Positions 35,488-44,613 of a DNA stretch of 64,000 bases are shown piece by piece. Under the pieces are notes generated by a model, which was not told where the DNA came from, did no database searches, and worked only from the letters and a program-made list of their open reading frames with translations. The stretch spans positions 4,352,001-4,416,000 of the forward strand of contig OZ220089.1 in assembly GCA_964291625.2 (NCBI GenBank), in the 5' to 3' direction. Numbering within the stretch: position 1 is the first letter of the stretch; every line of letters begins with the position of its first letter. The translations under genes were made by a program, and so were the position numbers. The DNA comes from Candidatus Latescibacterota bacterium. GTDB lineage: Bacteria > Latescibacterota > UBA2968 > UBA8231.

Positions 35488-37350
35488 ATGCGCGTCCGGG
35501 ATTCCGAGGGCGAGCTGCCCCACCGGCTTTCGGCCGACGGGGCCACCGGGCGGGTCGAGGGCTGGATCGAGGTCCGAAGGCTGGAGCGGGGGCGCGACGC
35601 CCTCCTGTTCCTGGACCTCGGCGAGGCCCCGGCCGCCGGCGGCGGGTTCTCCGACCACGCTCTCTTCGCCGGCCGGGAGACGGGCCGCGCTCCGGCGGCG
35701 GGCGACTTCGTCGTCGAGGGCTGGCTCGCGGTCGAGGAGGTGCGGGCCGAGGCGGCCCAGGTGATCGCCGCCCAGTGGGCCTTCGCCCCGGAGATGACCG
35801 GCTTCGCCACCCACGACGCCGGCTCCACCGACGGCCTGCGGACGCGGGGGTTCTTCGGCGCCGTCTTCGACGGCCGCCACGTCTACTTCGCCCCCCAGTG
35901 CAACGACGAGGGCCGCCACGGCCAGGCCCTGCGCTACGACACGCGTCGGGCCTTCGACGACCCCGCCGCCTGGGAGGGGTACGACGCCGGCGCCACGGCG
36001 GGCCTGGCCACCCGGGGCTACTACGGCGCCCTCTTCGACGGCCGCTTCGTCTACTACGTGCCGCGGACCGACGGGGAGGAGATGCACCGGCGGGTGCTGC
36101 GCTTCGACACGGCCGGGGAGTTCCGCGACCCGGCGAGCTGGTCGGCCCGGGACGCCGGCGGGGCGATCTCGAGTCAGGGCGGCGCCTTCGACGGCCGCTA
36201 CGCCTACTTCGCCCCGGGCTATCACCAGGAGAGCGGCGCCGACGGCCGCGTGCTGCGCCACGACACCGCCGGGGAGTTCCACGACGACGCCAGCTGGGCG
36301 GTCCACGACGCCGGGGCCACGGGCGGGCTCAACTGCACCAACTACGATGGCGCCCTCTACGACGGCCGGCACGTCTACTTCGCCCCCCTCGACGGCGGCG
36401 CCGTTCTGCGCCACGACCCCGGCCGCCCCTTCGAGGACCCGGCCGCCTGGGAGGCCTTCGACCCGGCCCGGCTGCCGGCGGGGTCCTTCGGCCAGTGCGT
36501 CGGCGCCGTCTTCGACGGCCGCTGGATCTACTTCACGCCGTACGTCCACGCCACCGTGGTCCGCTACGACACCGGGGCCCCCTTCCGCGACCCCGACAGC
36601 TGGCAGGCTTTCGAGGCGGCCCACATCGGCGGCCTGCGCACCCGCGGGTACGACGGCGCCGCCTTCGACGGCCGCTTCGTCCATTTCATCCCCTTCTGGG
36701 AGGGCGGGGCCCCGGGGGTCGGGTTCCACGCCCGCACCCTCCGCTACGACACGGCCCGCCCCTTCGACGACCCGGCCTCCTGGCAGGCGGCGGACGGTTG
36801 CGCCCTGGCCCCTCCGAACCCCGGTGGGTTCAACGGCGGCGCCTTCGACGGCCGCTTCCTCTACATGGCTCCCTGGCGGGAGGACGACCCCACGGGAGAG
36901 ATCCGCTCCCACGGGCAGGTCCTGCGCCTGGACACCGCCGGCGAGGGAGCCCGGTTCCAACTGCGGTGGATGGACTGCGGCCACAACGGCGGCCTCGGCG
37001 GGGCCCTTCCGGGCGCTTCGTTCCTCGTCAACTGCGAGGACGGTCCGGTCTCGGTGCGGGCCGGCCGCCTCCCGGAGCCGGGACGGCACCATGTGGCCGG
37101 GGTCTACCGCTGCGGCCGGGGGGCCGAGCTGTGGATCGACGGCGAGCTCGTCGACGAGGCCCCGCCCCGAGGGCGCCCGGTGGAGGCTTCGGCGCCCCTC
37201 ACGGTGGGGCACCTGCCGGGGGGTACGGGACGGCTGGCGGGGCAGCTCGCCGACGCCCGGGTGCGGGTGGGTCCGGTGCCCGAGGGCTGGGTGCGCACGT
37301 CCTGGGAGAGCCTGCGCGACCCCAGGGGCTTCCTGCGATTGCAGGCCTAG
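35488..37350 (+). CDS. LamG-like domain protein with an inserted 7-repeat beta-propeller
   Basis: Seven G..FDGR..YF.P/LRYDT repeats, flanked by LamG-like halves. The frame stays open and protein-like upstream to about 35340. Confidence 0.75.
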   Translation: MRVRDSEGELPHRLSADGATGRVEGWIEVRRLERGRDALLFLDLGEAPAAGGGFSDHALFAGRETGRAPAAGDFVVEGWLAVEEVRAEAAQVIAAQWAFAPEMTGFATHDAGSTDGLRTRGFFGAVFDGRHVYFAPQCNDEGRHGQALRYDTRRAFDDPAAWEGYDAGATAGLATRGYYGALFDGRFVYYVPRTDGEEMHRRVLRFDTAGEFRDPASWSARDAGGAISSQGGAFDGRYAYFAPGYHQESGADGRVLRHDTAGEFHDDASWAVHDAGATGGLNCTNYDGALYDGRHVYFAPLDGGAVLRHDPGRPFEDPAAWEAFDPARLPAGSFGQCVGAVFDGRWIYFTPYVHATVVRYDTGAPFRDPDSWQAFEAAHIGGLRTRGYDGAAFDGRFVHFIPFWEGGAPGVGFHARTLRYDTARPFDDPASWQAADGCALAPPNPGGFNGGAFDGRFLYMAPWREDDPTGEIRSHGQVLRLDTAGEGARFQLRWMDCGHNGGLGGALPGASFLVNCEDGPVSVRAGRLPEPGRHHVAGVYRCGRGAELWIDGELVDEAPPRGRPVEASAPLTVGHLPGGTGRLAGQLADARVRVGPVPEGWVRTSWESLRDPRGFLRLQA

Positions 37351-37363
37351 GCCGGGAGAGGCG

Positions 37364-38407
37364 TCAGGCCAGCAAGGTCTCGACGTCGTGCTCGATGGGC
37401 TCCACCATGGCGGGGGGGCCGGGCCACAGGCGCAGGCGCCCCTCCACCGGCTCGAAGAGGACGGCGAAGTCGGTGTGCAGGCCGTCCTCCCCCTGCTGGC
37501 AGATGGCCCCCACGGAGGAGCGGTCCGCCAGGATCCGCTCGATGGCGATGCCCTCCCTGGCGAGGCGCAGGGCGTTGTCCAGGCGGCGCCGGCCGTTGGC
37601 GTCGATGGCGGGGCTCTGGGCCGGGTTCCGGCGCTCGAACTCAGGGTCCAGGATGTGGTTCGTATGGCCGAGGGGGATGCCGCCCTCCGCCTCGACCACC
37701 GTCATCCCGGCGCCGGTCTTCTCCACCAGAGCGAGGCGGCCCGACCCATCCCCGAGCATCAGGCTGAAGCCGTAGGCGTTCACCCGCAGGTCCCGCAGGT
37801 GTTCCAGGGCCTCGCCCACGTCGGCGCAGGCGGGCAGGACCGTGTGCAGGGCCATCAGCGAGAACAGGCCGTCCTCCTCCTTCATCGGTCCCGGGATGCC
37901 GGTCATGCCCATGGCCAGCCCCGGACGGTTGAAGCCGGCCACCGTCCACGGCGTGCCGGCGAAGTGAAAGTGGCCGTGGTCGTGGCCGTCGTCGGGGCGG
38001 CTGATCTCGAGCACGTTCAGGCCCAGTTGGTGACGCTCGATGTCGTCGGTCTTGCCGAAGCGCGCGGAGCCGTTCCGCCGCCGGCCGACGAGGGTGCACT
38101 GGGGGAGCTCGCCGGAGAGGCGGTGGTGGCAGAGGGCCGCCAGGTAGAGGTCCTCGTCCCAGCCCAGTCCGGCGGCGATGCCGCGGCACTCCTCCACCCC
38201 GTCGGGGAAGACGGCGGACCACTGGTCGGCCCAGCGGCGCGAGTTGCGGCCCAGAGTCTCCACCAGGGCGTCCCACGAGGGCGCCCGTTGCTGCGCCGCC
38301 AGGCCGGTCAGCACCCGGCGAAGCCAGCCCTGGGCGAGACCGCGGCACTGCTCGCCCTGCTGGCGCCCGCGTTCCCGCGCCGGTCCCCGGGTCTCGATCC
38401 TCAGCAC
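37364..38407 (-). CDS. C45 family autoproteolytic acyltransferase/hydrolase (Ntn)
   Basis: G...ERGRQQG, EE.RGIA.G, Q-CT cleavage-site Cys, G.N..GLA, HTNH. Confidence 0.82.
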   Translation of the reverse strand: MLRIETRGPARERGRQQGEQCRGLAQGWLRRVLTGLAAQQRAPSWDALVETLGRNSRRWADQWSAVFPDGVEECRGIAAGLGWDEDLYLAALCHHRLSGELPQCTLVGRRRNGSARFGKTDDIERHQLGLNVLEISRPDDGHDHGHFHFAGTPWTVAGFNRPGLAMGMTGIPGPMKEEDGLFSLMALHTVLPACADVGEALEHLRDLRVNAYGFSLMLGDGSGRLALVEKTGAGMTVVEAEGGIPLGHTNHILDPEFERRNPAQSPAIDANGRRRLDNALRLAREGIAIERILADRSSVGAICQQGEDGLHTDFAVLFEPVEGRLRLWPGPPAMVEPIEHDVETLLA

Positions 38408-38413
38408 CGGGCT

Positions 38414-39760
38414 TCAGTAGGGCGTGCCGCTGGCCGTGATCGGGCACCAGCGTGAGGTGGCCAGGTGGTGGTAGAGCAGCTCCCGGGCCCCTGAGCTGTC
38501 GACGCGCTGCAGGCAGCGGAGGGCGTTGGCGCGCACGTAGCGGTTGTCGTGGTCGAGGGCGCGGCCCAGGGCCGGGAGGGCTTCCTCGGCGGCGGCGCCG
38601 AGGCGCGCCAGGCTCAAGGAGGCGTTGCGGATCACCCACTCGTCCTCCTCCGAGCAGGCCTGGGCGAGGCGGGGCACCGCCGAGACGGCTCCCATCGTCC
38701 CCAGGGCATGGGCCGCGAGGCGGCGGACCTCCAGGTCCTCGTCCTCCAGGCTCCCGGTGACGTCGGGCACCGCCTCGGCGGCCTGGCGGCCGAGGTCGCC
38801 CAGGCAGTCGACGGCCGCGGCCCTCACCCCGGCGTCGTCGTGCTCCAGGCACTCCACCAGCCCGGGGACGGCGGCGGCGCCCGCCGCGGTCAGCCCGTAG
38901 GCGGCGTTGCGCCGGACGCCGCCCGCCCCGGAGCGCAGGCCCTCCAGCAGGGCGTCCACGGCGTCGGTGTCGGCCGACCCCCCGAGGCGGTAGGCGACGT
39001 GCAGGGCCCGGGTCTCGTCCTCGGCGCCGAGGTCTTCCGCCAGGCCCGTCGCCACCGCGGAGGAGACCGAGGCCGCCGCCGCACCCGCATGTCCCGTGTG
39101 CCAGCTCCACATGGACCGCCACAGAGGCGCGAGCCGGTCCTCCCCGTCGAAGGAGGCCGGACCGCGCCCGTTGGCCGCCGGCTCGTCGAGGCGGGTGAAG
39201 AGGAACTTCAGCATGTAGCGCTTGCGGTCGCTGGTGTTGGCCAGACCGCGGTGCCAGAGGTCGTAGTGGACGATCGTCACCGTGCCGGCGCGGCCGGCCA
39301 GCGCGACCTCGGCGTCGGGGTCGGGCGGCGAGTTCAAGTACTGCGATCCCGGCACGACGCCCGTGGGGCCCATCTCCGCGGTGGTGTCCTGCGGGTAGTA
39401 GAAGGCCATGCACCAGCGGGTCCGGTGGTGCCGCCGGGACCAGCTGTCCTTGTGCAGTTGCTGGGCCTCGCTCCCGGGCTGCCGGTAGTGGCAGAAGCGG
39501 TGGGCGTGCAGGTAGTAGTCCTCCCCCAGCAGGCTCTGCAGGGCGCCGTGGACGGGGGGGCTGTCGAGGACGCGGCGGATGCCGGGGACCCGCGGCAGGA
39601 TGTTGTTGCCGGGGTTGGACTCGGCCTCGAAGAGGCGGTCCACCTCCTCGAACTGTTCCCGGTGGAAGTCGGCGGAGAGGCCGGCGTCGAGGGTGATGTA
39701 ACCGTCGCGCAGGAACCGCTGCAGGCCGTCGTCGTCGAGGGGCGTGGGCGTGGGGCGCAT
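38414..39760 (-). CDS. PhyH-type Fe(II)/2OG dioxygenase fused to HEAT repeats
   Basis: F.RDGY, HKD, GPT.VVPGS, WHRG..N...R; C-terminal VR..AA..LG repeats. Confidence 0.85.
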   Translation of the reverse strand: MRPTPTPLDDDGLQRFLRDGYITLDAGLSADFHREQFEEVDRLFEAESNPGNNILPRVPGIRRVLDSPPVHGALQSLLGEDYYLHAHRFCHYRQPGSEAQQLHKDSWSRRHHRTRWCMAFYYPQDTTAEMGPTGVVPGSQYLNSPPDPDAEVALAGRAGTVTIVHYDLWHRGLANTSDRKRYMLKFLFTRLDEPAANGRGPASFDGEDRLAPLWRSMWSWHTGHAGAAAASVSSAVATGLAEDLGAEDETRALHVAYRLGGSADTDAVDALLEGLRSGAGGVRRNAAYGLTAAGAAAVPGLVECLEHDDAGVRAAAVDCLGDLGRQAAEAVPDVTGSLEDEDLEVRRLAAHALGTMGAVSAVPRLAQACSEEDEWVIRNASLSLARLGAAAEEALPALGRALDHDNRYVRANALRCLQRVDSSGARELLYHHLATSRWCPITASGTPY

Positions 39761-39879
39761 TGGGGCTCCTCTCTGTCCCCGCTTGCGGCGCGGGACCTAT
39801 CTTAGGCGGCTCGTATCAGGACTCGGAATCAATGTAGCAAACCGCCCGGTGAGAGGCAGGGACCGCCGGGGAAAGGTCC

Positions 39880-42366
39880 GTGATGAACGACTACGAGCCC
39901 GTGGAGCTGACCTCCTTCTGCAACGCTGGCGCCGATCTCTTCGGGGCGGCGGTGCCCACCGGACAGCAGAGCTGGCAGGGACTGCCTTTCCAGGTGGGCG
40001 GCGGCGGCGAGCACTGCCTCGTCGCCTTCGGTCCGGGGCACCGGACCTCCAGCCTGAGGATCCCCGTCGGGCGTTCCGCCCGCCACGTCGTCTTCGCCCA
40101 CCGGCTGGCCGAGTCCCGCATCCGGGAGGGCGCCCCCACGGGCGACACCGTGGCCACCTACCACTTCCACCTGGCGGGCGGCGAGGTCGTCCCGGCGCCG
40201 CAGCGCGAACGCTTCGAGATCTGCACCGTGCCCGGCGACGGCGGCCGCCCCTTCGTCGCCTTCCCCGACCAGAAGGACGAGCTGCTGCCGCGCTGGGAGG
40301 GCCGCTGGGACGCGGCCGGCCGGCGGCAGACGGAGACGGCGGCGGCCAGCAACGCCCACTTCGCCCTCTACGTCTGGTCGAACCCGCACCCGGAGCAGGA
40401 GCTGGAGGCGATCGAGGTGGAACCGGGGGACCGGGTCTTCGCCGTGGGCGCCGTCACCCTCGGGCGCGCCGACGAGTTCCCCATCTGCCGCGAGGGGCTG
40501 CGCGACGTGCGCATCACCCTCACCGATCCCGAGGCCGCGGACCGTCCCTTCGACCTCGAGGTCGAGGTCGACCGCGGCGTCACCACCTATCCGTACCCAC
40601 TCTCGCGGAAGACGCCGGAGGCGTTCGTCGGCGACCGCAAGGGCTGGGGCGAGGCCCGGAACCCGTCCAGCAGCCCCGCGGGCCTGCAGATCGCGGCCTC
40701 CCCATCGGCGACGGTGAAGGTCAGCCAGGACGGCGAGCCCGTGGGCGAGGCCCGCTGGGGCGACGTGGTCGAGACGGGGTCGGCGGAGAGCGCCGACGGC
40801 CGCGTGCTGGTCGAGATGATCGACCACGGCCGCAACTGGGTGCGCACCCGGGTCCTCGACGGACGGACCGGCCGGCCGGTGCCGTGCCGCATCCACTTCC
40901 GCTCTCCCGAGGGGGTGGCCTACGCCCCCCACGGCCATCACGGGCACGTCAACTCCGACATGGACAGCTGGCACATCGACGTCGGCGGCGACGTGCGCAT
41001 GGGGCAGCTCTCCTACGCCTACACCGACGGCACCTGCCAGGGCTGGCTGCCCCGGGGCCGGGTGATCGTCGACGTGGCCCGGGGCTTCGAGTACGAGCCC
41101 CTCCGCCGGGAGGTGGAGATCGAGCCCGGCCAGACCGAGCTGGAGCTGACCCTCGACCGCTGGGTCGACATGAACGGCGAGGGCTGGTACTCGGGCGACT
41201 CCCACGTCCACTTCCTCTCCGCCCAGGGCAGCCACCTGGAGGCCAACGGCGAGGACCTGGACGTGGTCAACATGCTCCAGTCCCAGTGGGGCAGCCTGTT
41301 CACCGACACCCAGGAGTTCACCGGCGGCGTCTCCAGCGACGGCGAGAGCCTGGTCTACGTCTCCCAGGAGAACCGCCAGCACTTCCTCGGGCACCTGATC
41401 CTGTGGGGCCTCAAGGAGCCGGTCATGCCCTGGTGCTCGGACGGGCCCGGCGAGGCCGAGATCGGCGGCACCCTGGAGGTGACCATGTCCGACTGGGCGG
41501 ACCAGTGCCGCGGCCAGGGCGGCACGGTGGTGATCCCCCACCTGCCCAACCCCAACGGCGAGCCGGCGACCCTGATCGCCACGGGGCGGGCCGACGCCGT
41601 GGAGATGCTGCGCCACGGCCCCTTCGAGCACCAGGAGTATTACCGGTACCTCAACTGCGGCTACCGCCTGCCCCTGGTGGGCGGCACCGACAAGATGTCG
41701 AACGAGGTGCCCGTGGGGCTCTACCGCACCTACGTGCGCATCCCCGAGGACGAGCCTTTCACCTACGACAACTGGTGCGCCAACGTCGCCCGGGGCCGCA
41801 CCTTCCACAGCGGCGGCCCGATCCTGCGGCTGAAGGTGGACGGCTGCGACATCGGCGACACCCTGCGCCTGCCCGGCAACGGCGGCACCGTGGAGGTCGA
41901 GGCCCGGGCCGAGTCGGTGGTGCCGATCCACACCCTGCAGATCGTGCAGGAGGGGCGAGTGGTCGCCTCGGCCGACGACGCCGGCGGCACCCGCGCCCTG
42001 AGAGTGGAGGCGAAGGTCGAGGTGAAGGGGAACTCGTGGATCGCGGCGCGCTGCGCCGGACCCGGGTACACGGGGGTCGCGCACCACGACGGCTGGGGCC
42101 GGTCGATCATGGCCCACACCTCGCCGGTCTACCTGGCCTGCGGCGACGGCGAGTGGTGGATGTTCGACGAGAGCACCGCCCAGTACATGCTCACCCTCGT
42201 CGACGGCTGCCTCCAGTACATCCGCGGCCAGAGCCGCCAGCACGCGCCGGGCACCGCCACCCATCACCACGGCGGCGGCGACCACATGGCCTACCTGGAG
42301 TCCCCCTTCCTGGAGGCGCGGGAAGCGATCCACCGCCGCCTCCACCAGCACCGCATCCCACACTGA
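39880..42366 (+). CDS. CehA/McbA-family (PHP-like) metallohydrolase
   Basis: RGFEY, GWYSGDSHVH, GH, YY..LNCG......GTD, GRTF..GP, AHTSPVY. Confidence 0.82.
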   Translation: MMNDYEPVELTSFCNAGADLFGAAVPTGQQSWQGLPFQVGGGGEHCLVAFGPGHRTSSLRIPVGRSARHVVFAHRLAESRIREGAPTGDTVATYHFHLAGGEVVPAPQRERFEICTVPGDGGRPFVAFPDQKDELLPRWEGRWDAAGRRQTETAAASNAHFALYVWSNPHPEQELEAIEVEPGDRVFAVGAVTLGRADEFPICREGLRDVRITLTDPEAADRPFDLEVEVDRGVTTYPYPLSRKTPEAFVGDRKGWGEARNPSSSPAGLQIAASPSATVKVSQDGEPVGEARWGDVVETGSAESADGRVLVEMIDHGRNWVRTRVLDGRTGRPVPCRIHFRSPEGVAYAPHGHHGHVNSDMDSWHIDVGGDVRMGQLSYAYTDGTCQGWLPRGRVIVDVARGFEYEPLRREVEIEPGQTELELTLDRWVDMNGEGWYSGDSHVHFLSAQGSHLEANGEDLDVVNMLQSQWGSLFTDTQEFTGGVSSDGESLVYVSQENRQHFLGHLILWGLKEPVMPWCSDGPGEAEIGGTLEVTMSDWADQCRGQGGTVVIPHLPNPNGEPATLIATGRADAVEMLRHGPFEHQEYYRYLNCGYRLPLVGGTDKMSNEVPVGLYRTYVRIPEDEPFTYDNWCANVARGRTFHSGGPILRLKVDGCDIGDTLRLPGNGGTVEVEARAESVVPIHTLQIVQEGRVVASADDAGGTRALRVEAKVEVKGNSWIAARCAGPGYTGVAHHDGWGRSIMAHTSPVYLACGDGEWWMFDESTAQYMLTLVDGCLQYIRGQSRQHAPGTATHHHGGGDHMAYLESPFLEAREAIHRRLHQHRIPH

Positions 42367-42380
42367 GAGGTGGAGTCCGA

Positions 42381-43208
42381 ATGATCGTCGACAGTCATCT
42401 GCACGTCTGGAGCGCCGACCTGGAGCGCTATCCCGTGGCCAAGGGCCGCGAGCCCCGGGAGGCGGCGCCCGTGGAGCTGCTCAACGAGAACATGGCCGCC
42501 GCCGGCGTCGACCAGGCCGTGATCGTGCAGGCGATCGGGTACATGCACGACAACCGCTACGTGGCCGACTGCCTGCGGCGGTTCCCGGGCCGCTTCGCGG
42601 GCACGGCCCTCATCGACCACAAGGCGCCGGACGCCCCGGACGTCCTCGAGAGGCTCGTGCGCGAGGACGGCTTCGCCGGACTGCGGATCCACCTGGCGTC
42701 GCGGGTCGACCACCCCTCCCTGTGGGCGACGCCCGACCAGGACCCCTTGTGGAGGAAGGCCGAGGAGCTGGGCGCCAGCATGACCCTCTACGGCCCCGCC
42801 TCCCACCTGGAGGTGGTGGAGCCGATCGTGGCCCGCTTCCCCGGCGTCAGGATCGTCCTCGACCACGTGGGCGGGGTGCCCCGTCCTGACGAGGACGACC
42901 ACGACCGCCTCCTCGAATACGTGGTCGGGTTCGCGCGCCACGAGCACGTCCACGTCAAGTTCACTCCCCAGCGCCACCGCTCGCAGGAACCGTTCCCCCA
43001 CCGCGACACCTTCGACCTCTACCGGAGGCTCTTCGACGCCTACGGCCCCCAAAGGGTCATGTGGGGGACGAACTTCCCGGGGGTGCTGAGCAGCACGGGG
43101 TACGCCCCCGCCCTGGAGCTCTTCCAGCGCCACCTCGACTTCCTCACCGACGAGGACCGCCGCTGGCTGCTGGGCGAGACGGCTCGGGAGGTCTTCAACC
43201 TGCGCTGA
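42381..43208 (+). CDS. amidohydrolase_2 family protein (lactonase-like)
   Basis: IVDSHLHVW, VLDH.G, YGPQRVMWGTNFP. Confidence 0.88.
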   Translation: MIVDSHLHVWSADLERYPVAKGREPREAAPVELLNENMAAAGVDQAVIVQAIGYMHDNRYVADCLRRFPGRFAGTALIDHKAPDAPDVLERLVREDGFAGLRIHLASRVDHPSLWATPDQDPLWRKAEELGASMTLYGPASHLEVVEPIVARFPGVRIVLDHVGGVPRPDEDDHDRLLEYVVGFARHEHVHVKFTPQRHRSQEPFPHRDTFDLYRRLFDAYGPQRVMWGTNFPGVLSSTGYAPALELFQRHLDFLTDEDRRWLLGETAREVFNLR

Positions 43209-43226
43209 CCGGTGGCCGCGGCAGGC

Positions 43227-44462
43227 TCAGGAGGCCAGGACCCGCCCCTCCTTCTCAACGCGGGCGTACATCTCCTCGAACCCCGGGGTGCCGTCGTCCT
43301 CCCAGAGCTCGGAACGGAAGCCGCGGAGGCCGGCCTCCTCGGTGCCGGTGACGCTCGTGGGCGAGACGTAGCCCCGGCCGTACCAGGTGGCGCCCCCGGG
43401 CATGTGCAGGATGCCGACGTGGCGGGGACGCTCGGCCGGGGCCTGCGCCGCGAGGCGCTCCACGGCGGACTCGTCCACCTCGTACCCGAGGCCGATCCCG
43501 GTGGGGACGGGCGAGGATCCTTCGACGACGGGGATCGTCTCCGTGGTCACGTCCTCCTCGTACTGGTCGTCGAGGTTGATCGAGTGGGCCGAGTGGCTCG
43601 GCAGGACGGCGGCCATGTGCATGGCCATCGCCTTGCCCAGGGTGCCCGACTCGTGCTGCAGGATCACCTGGATGTTGGCCCGGCCCAGGGCCCAGCCCGT
43701 GGTCATCGTCTCGTACATGGTGCCGCCGATCATGTAGATATCGGCCAGGTCCTGCCGGTACTCCAGCACGCCGCCCTGGGGCGTGCCGTGCATGATGATG
43801 GGGATGCGGCTCTTGCGGCGGATCGCCGCCCAGCCCTCGACGTCGCCCTTCAGGATGGGGTCCTCGACGTAGCCGACGATGGGGTGGTTGCGCTCCAGCT
43901 CGGCGATGATCGGCAGCACCGCGCCGAGGGAGCGGTTGTGGTTGAAGTCGTAGTGGATGCGGAAGCCGTCGGGGGCCACGGCCTCGGCCGCCCGGGTCTG
44001 CTCGAAGACGTCGTGGTAGGTGCAGGTGTGGATCTTGAAGGTGCGGTAGCCCTGGGCGGCGGCGCGCTGGATCTCGGCGGCGAACTGCTCGGGAGAGGCG
44101 GGCCGGGTCCAGGCCGCTACGGGCACCCAGTCCCGCCGCTTCGGCCCCATGAGCTTCCAGGCCGGCACCTCCAGGCACTTGCCCATCAGGTCGTAGGCCG
44201 CCGTGTTCAGGCCGCCGGAGAGGTTGCCGTTTAGGAAGTCGAAGGGGTCGCGCCCCACCAGCTCCTGGCCCATGTCGGCGGCCGGCTCGAACCAGGGGCG
44301 GACCCGCTGGTCGCCCCAGCCCACGATCCCGGAGTCGGCGGCCACGCGGAAGAGCAGCCGGCAATCGATGCCGTAGAGGTCGACCACGCGGTCGGCGTAG
44401 CGGCGGGCCAGCCTGGGGTAGATGGGGATGACGTCGACGGAGGTGATACGGTGGCCGGACAT
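43227..44462 (-). CDS. enolase-superfamily enzyme with C-terminal extension
   Basis: G.VGWG, YDLMGK.L.VP, KIH, DFN, EDP, G.GLG.EVD. Confidence 0.85.
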   Translation of the reverse strand: MSGHRITSVDVIPIYPRLARRYADRVVDLYGIDCRLLFRVAADSGIVGWGDQRVRPWFEPAADMGQELVGRDPFDFLNGNLSGGLNTAAYDLMGKCLEVPAWKLMGPKRRDWVPVAAWTRPASPEQFAAEIQRAAAQGYRTFKIHTCTYHDVFEQTRAAEAVAPDGFRIHYDFNHNRSLGAVLPIIAELERNHPIVGYVEDPILKGDVEGWAAIRRKSRIPIIMHGTPQGGVLEYRQDLADIYMIGGTMYETMTTGWALGRANIQVILQHESGTLGKAMAMHMAAVLPSHSAHSINLDDQYEEDVTTETIPVVEGSSPVPTGIGLGYEVDESAVERLAAQAPAERPRHVGILHMPGGATWYGRGYVSPTSVTGTEEAGLRGFRSELWEDDGTPGFEEMYARVEKEGRVLAS

Positions 44463-44613
44463 GGGAACTCCTTTTCCGTTGCCGGGTCGGTGACGGCGGG
44501 CCCGAAAACTGTTCGCCCCGGCCGCTCTTGTCTACCCGTTCCCTGCGACGTTGTTTCCACCGCCGCCGTTTGGCCACCGAGACCGCACCGCATCTGATGA
44601 GGGGAGTTCCGGA

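Noticed and set aside
35800-36940. Recurring TTCGACGGCCGC DNA repeats as a CRISPR or tandem array
   Set aside because: The repeats are degenerate at synonymous positions, in frame and about 165 bp apart, so they are protein repeats. No cas genes are present.
39744-42380. 1154-aa ORF and other long Arg/Pro/Gly-rich ORFs (for example the extensions in 5385..7325, 19570..22179, 46830..49283)
   Set aside because: These are stop-poor alternative or antisense frames typical of very high GC DNA, overlapping clearly recognisable genes.
44463-44613. Inverted repeat GGAACTCC...GGAGTTCC bracketing a divergent intergenic region (MITE-like?)
   Set aside because: Each arm is the Shine-Dalgarno region of one divergent gene, and no target-site duplication is seen.
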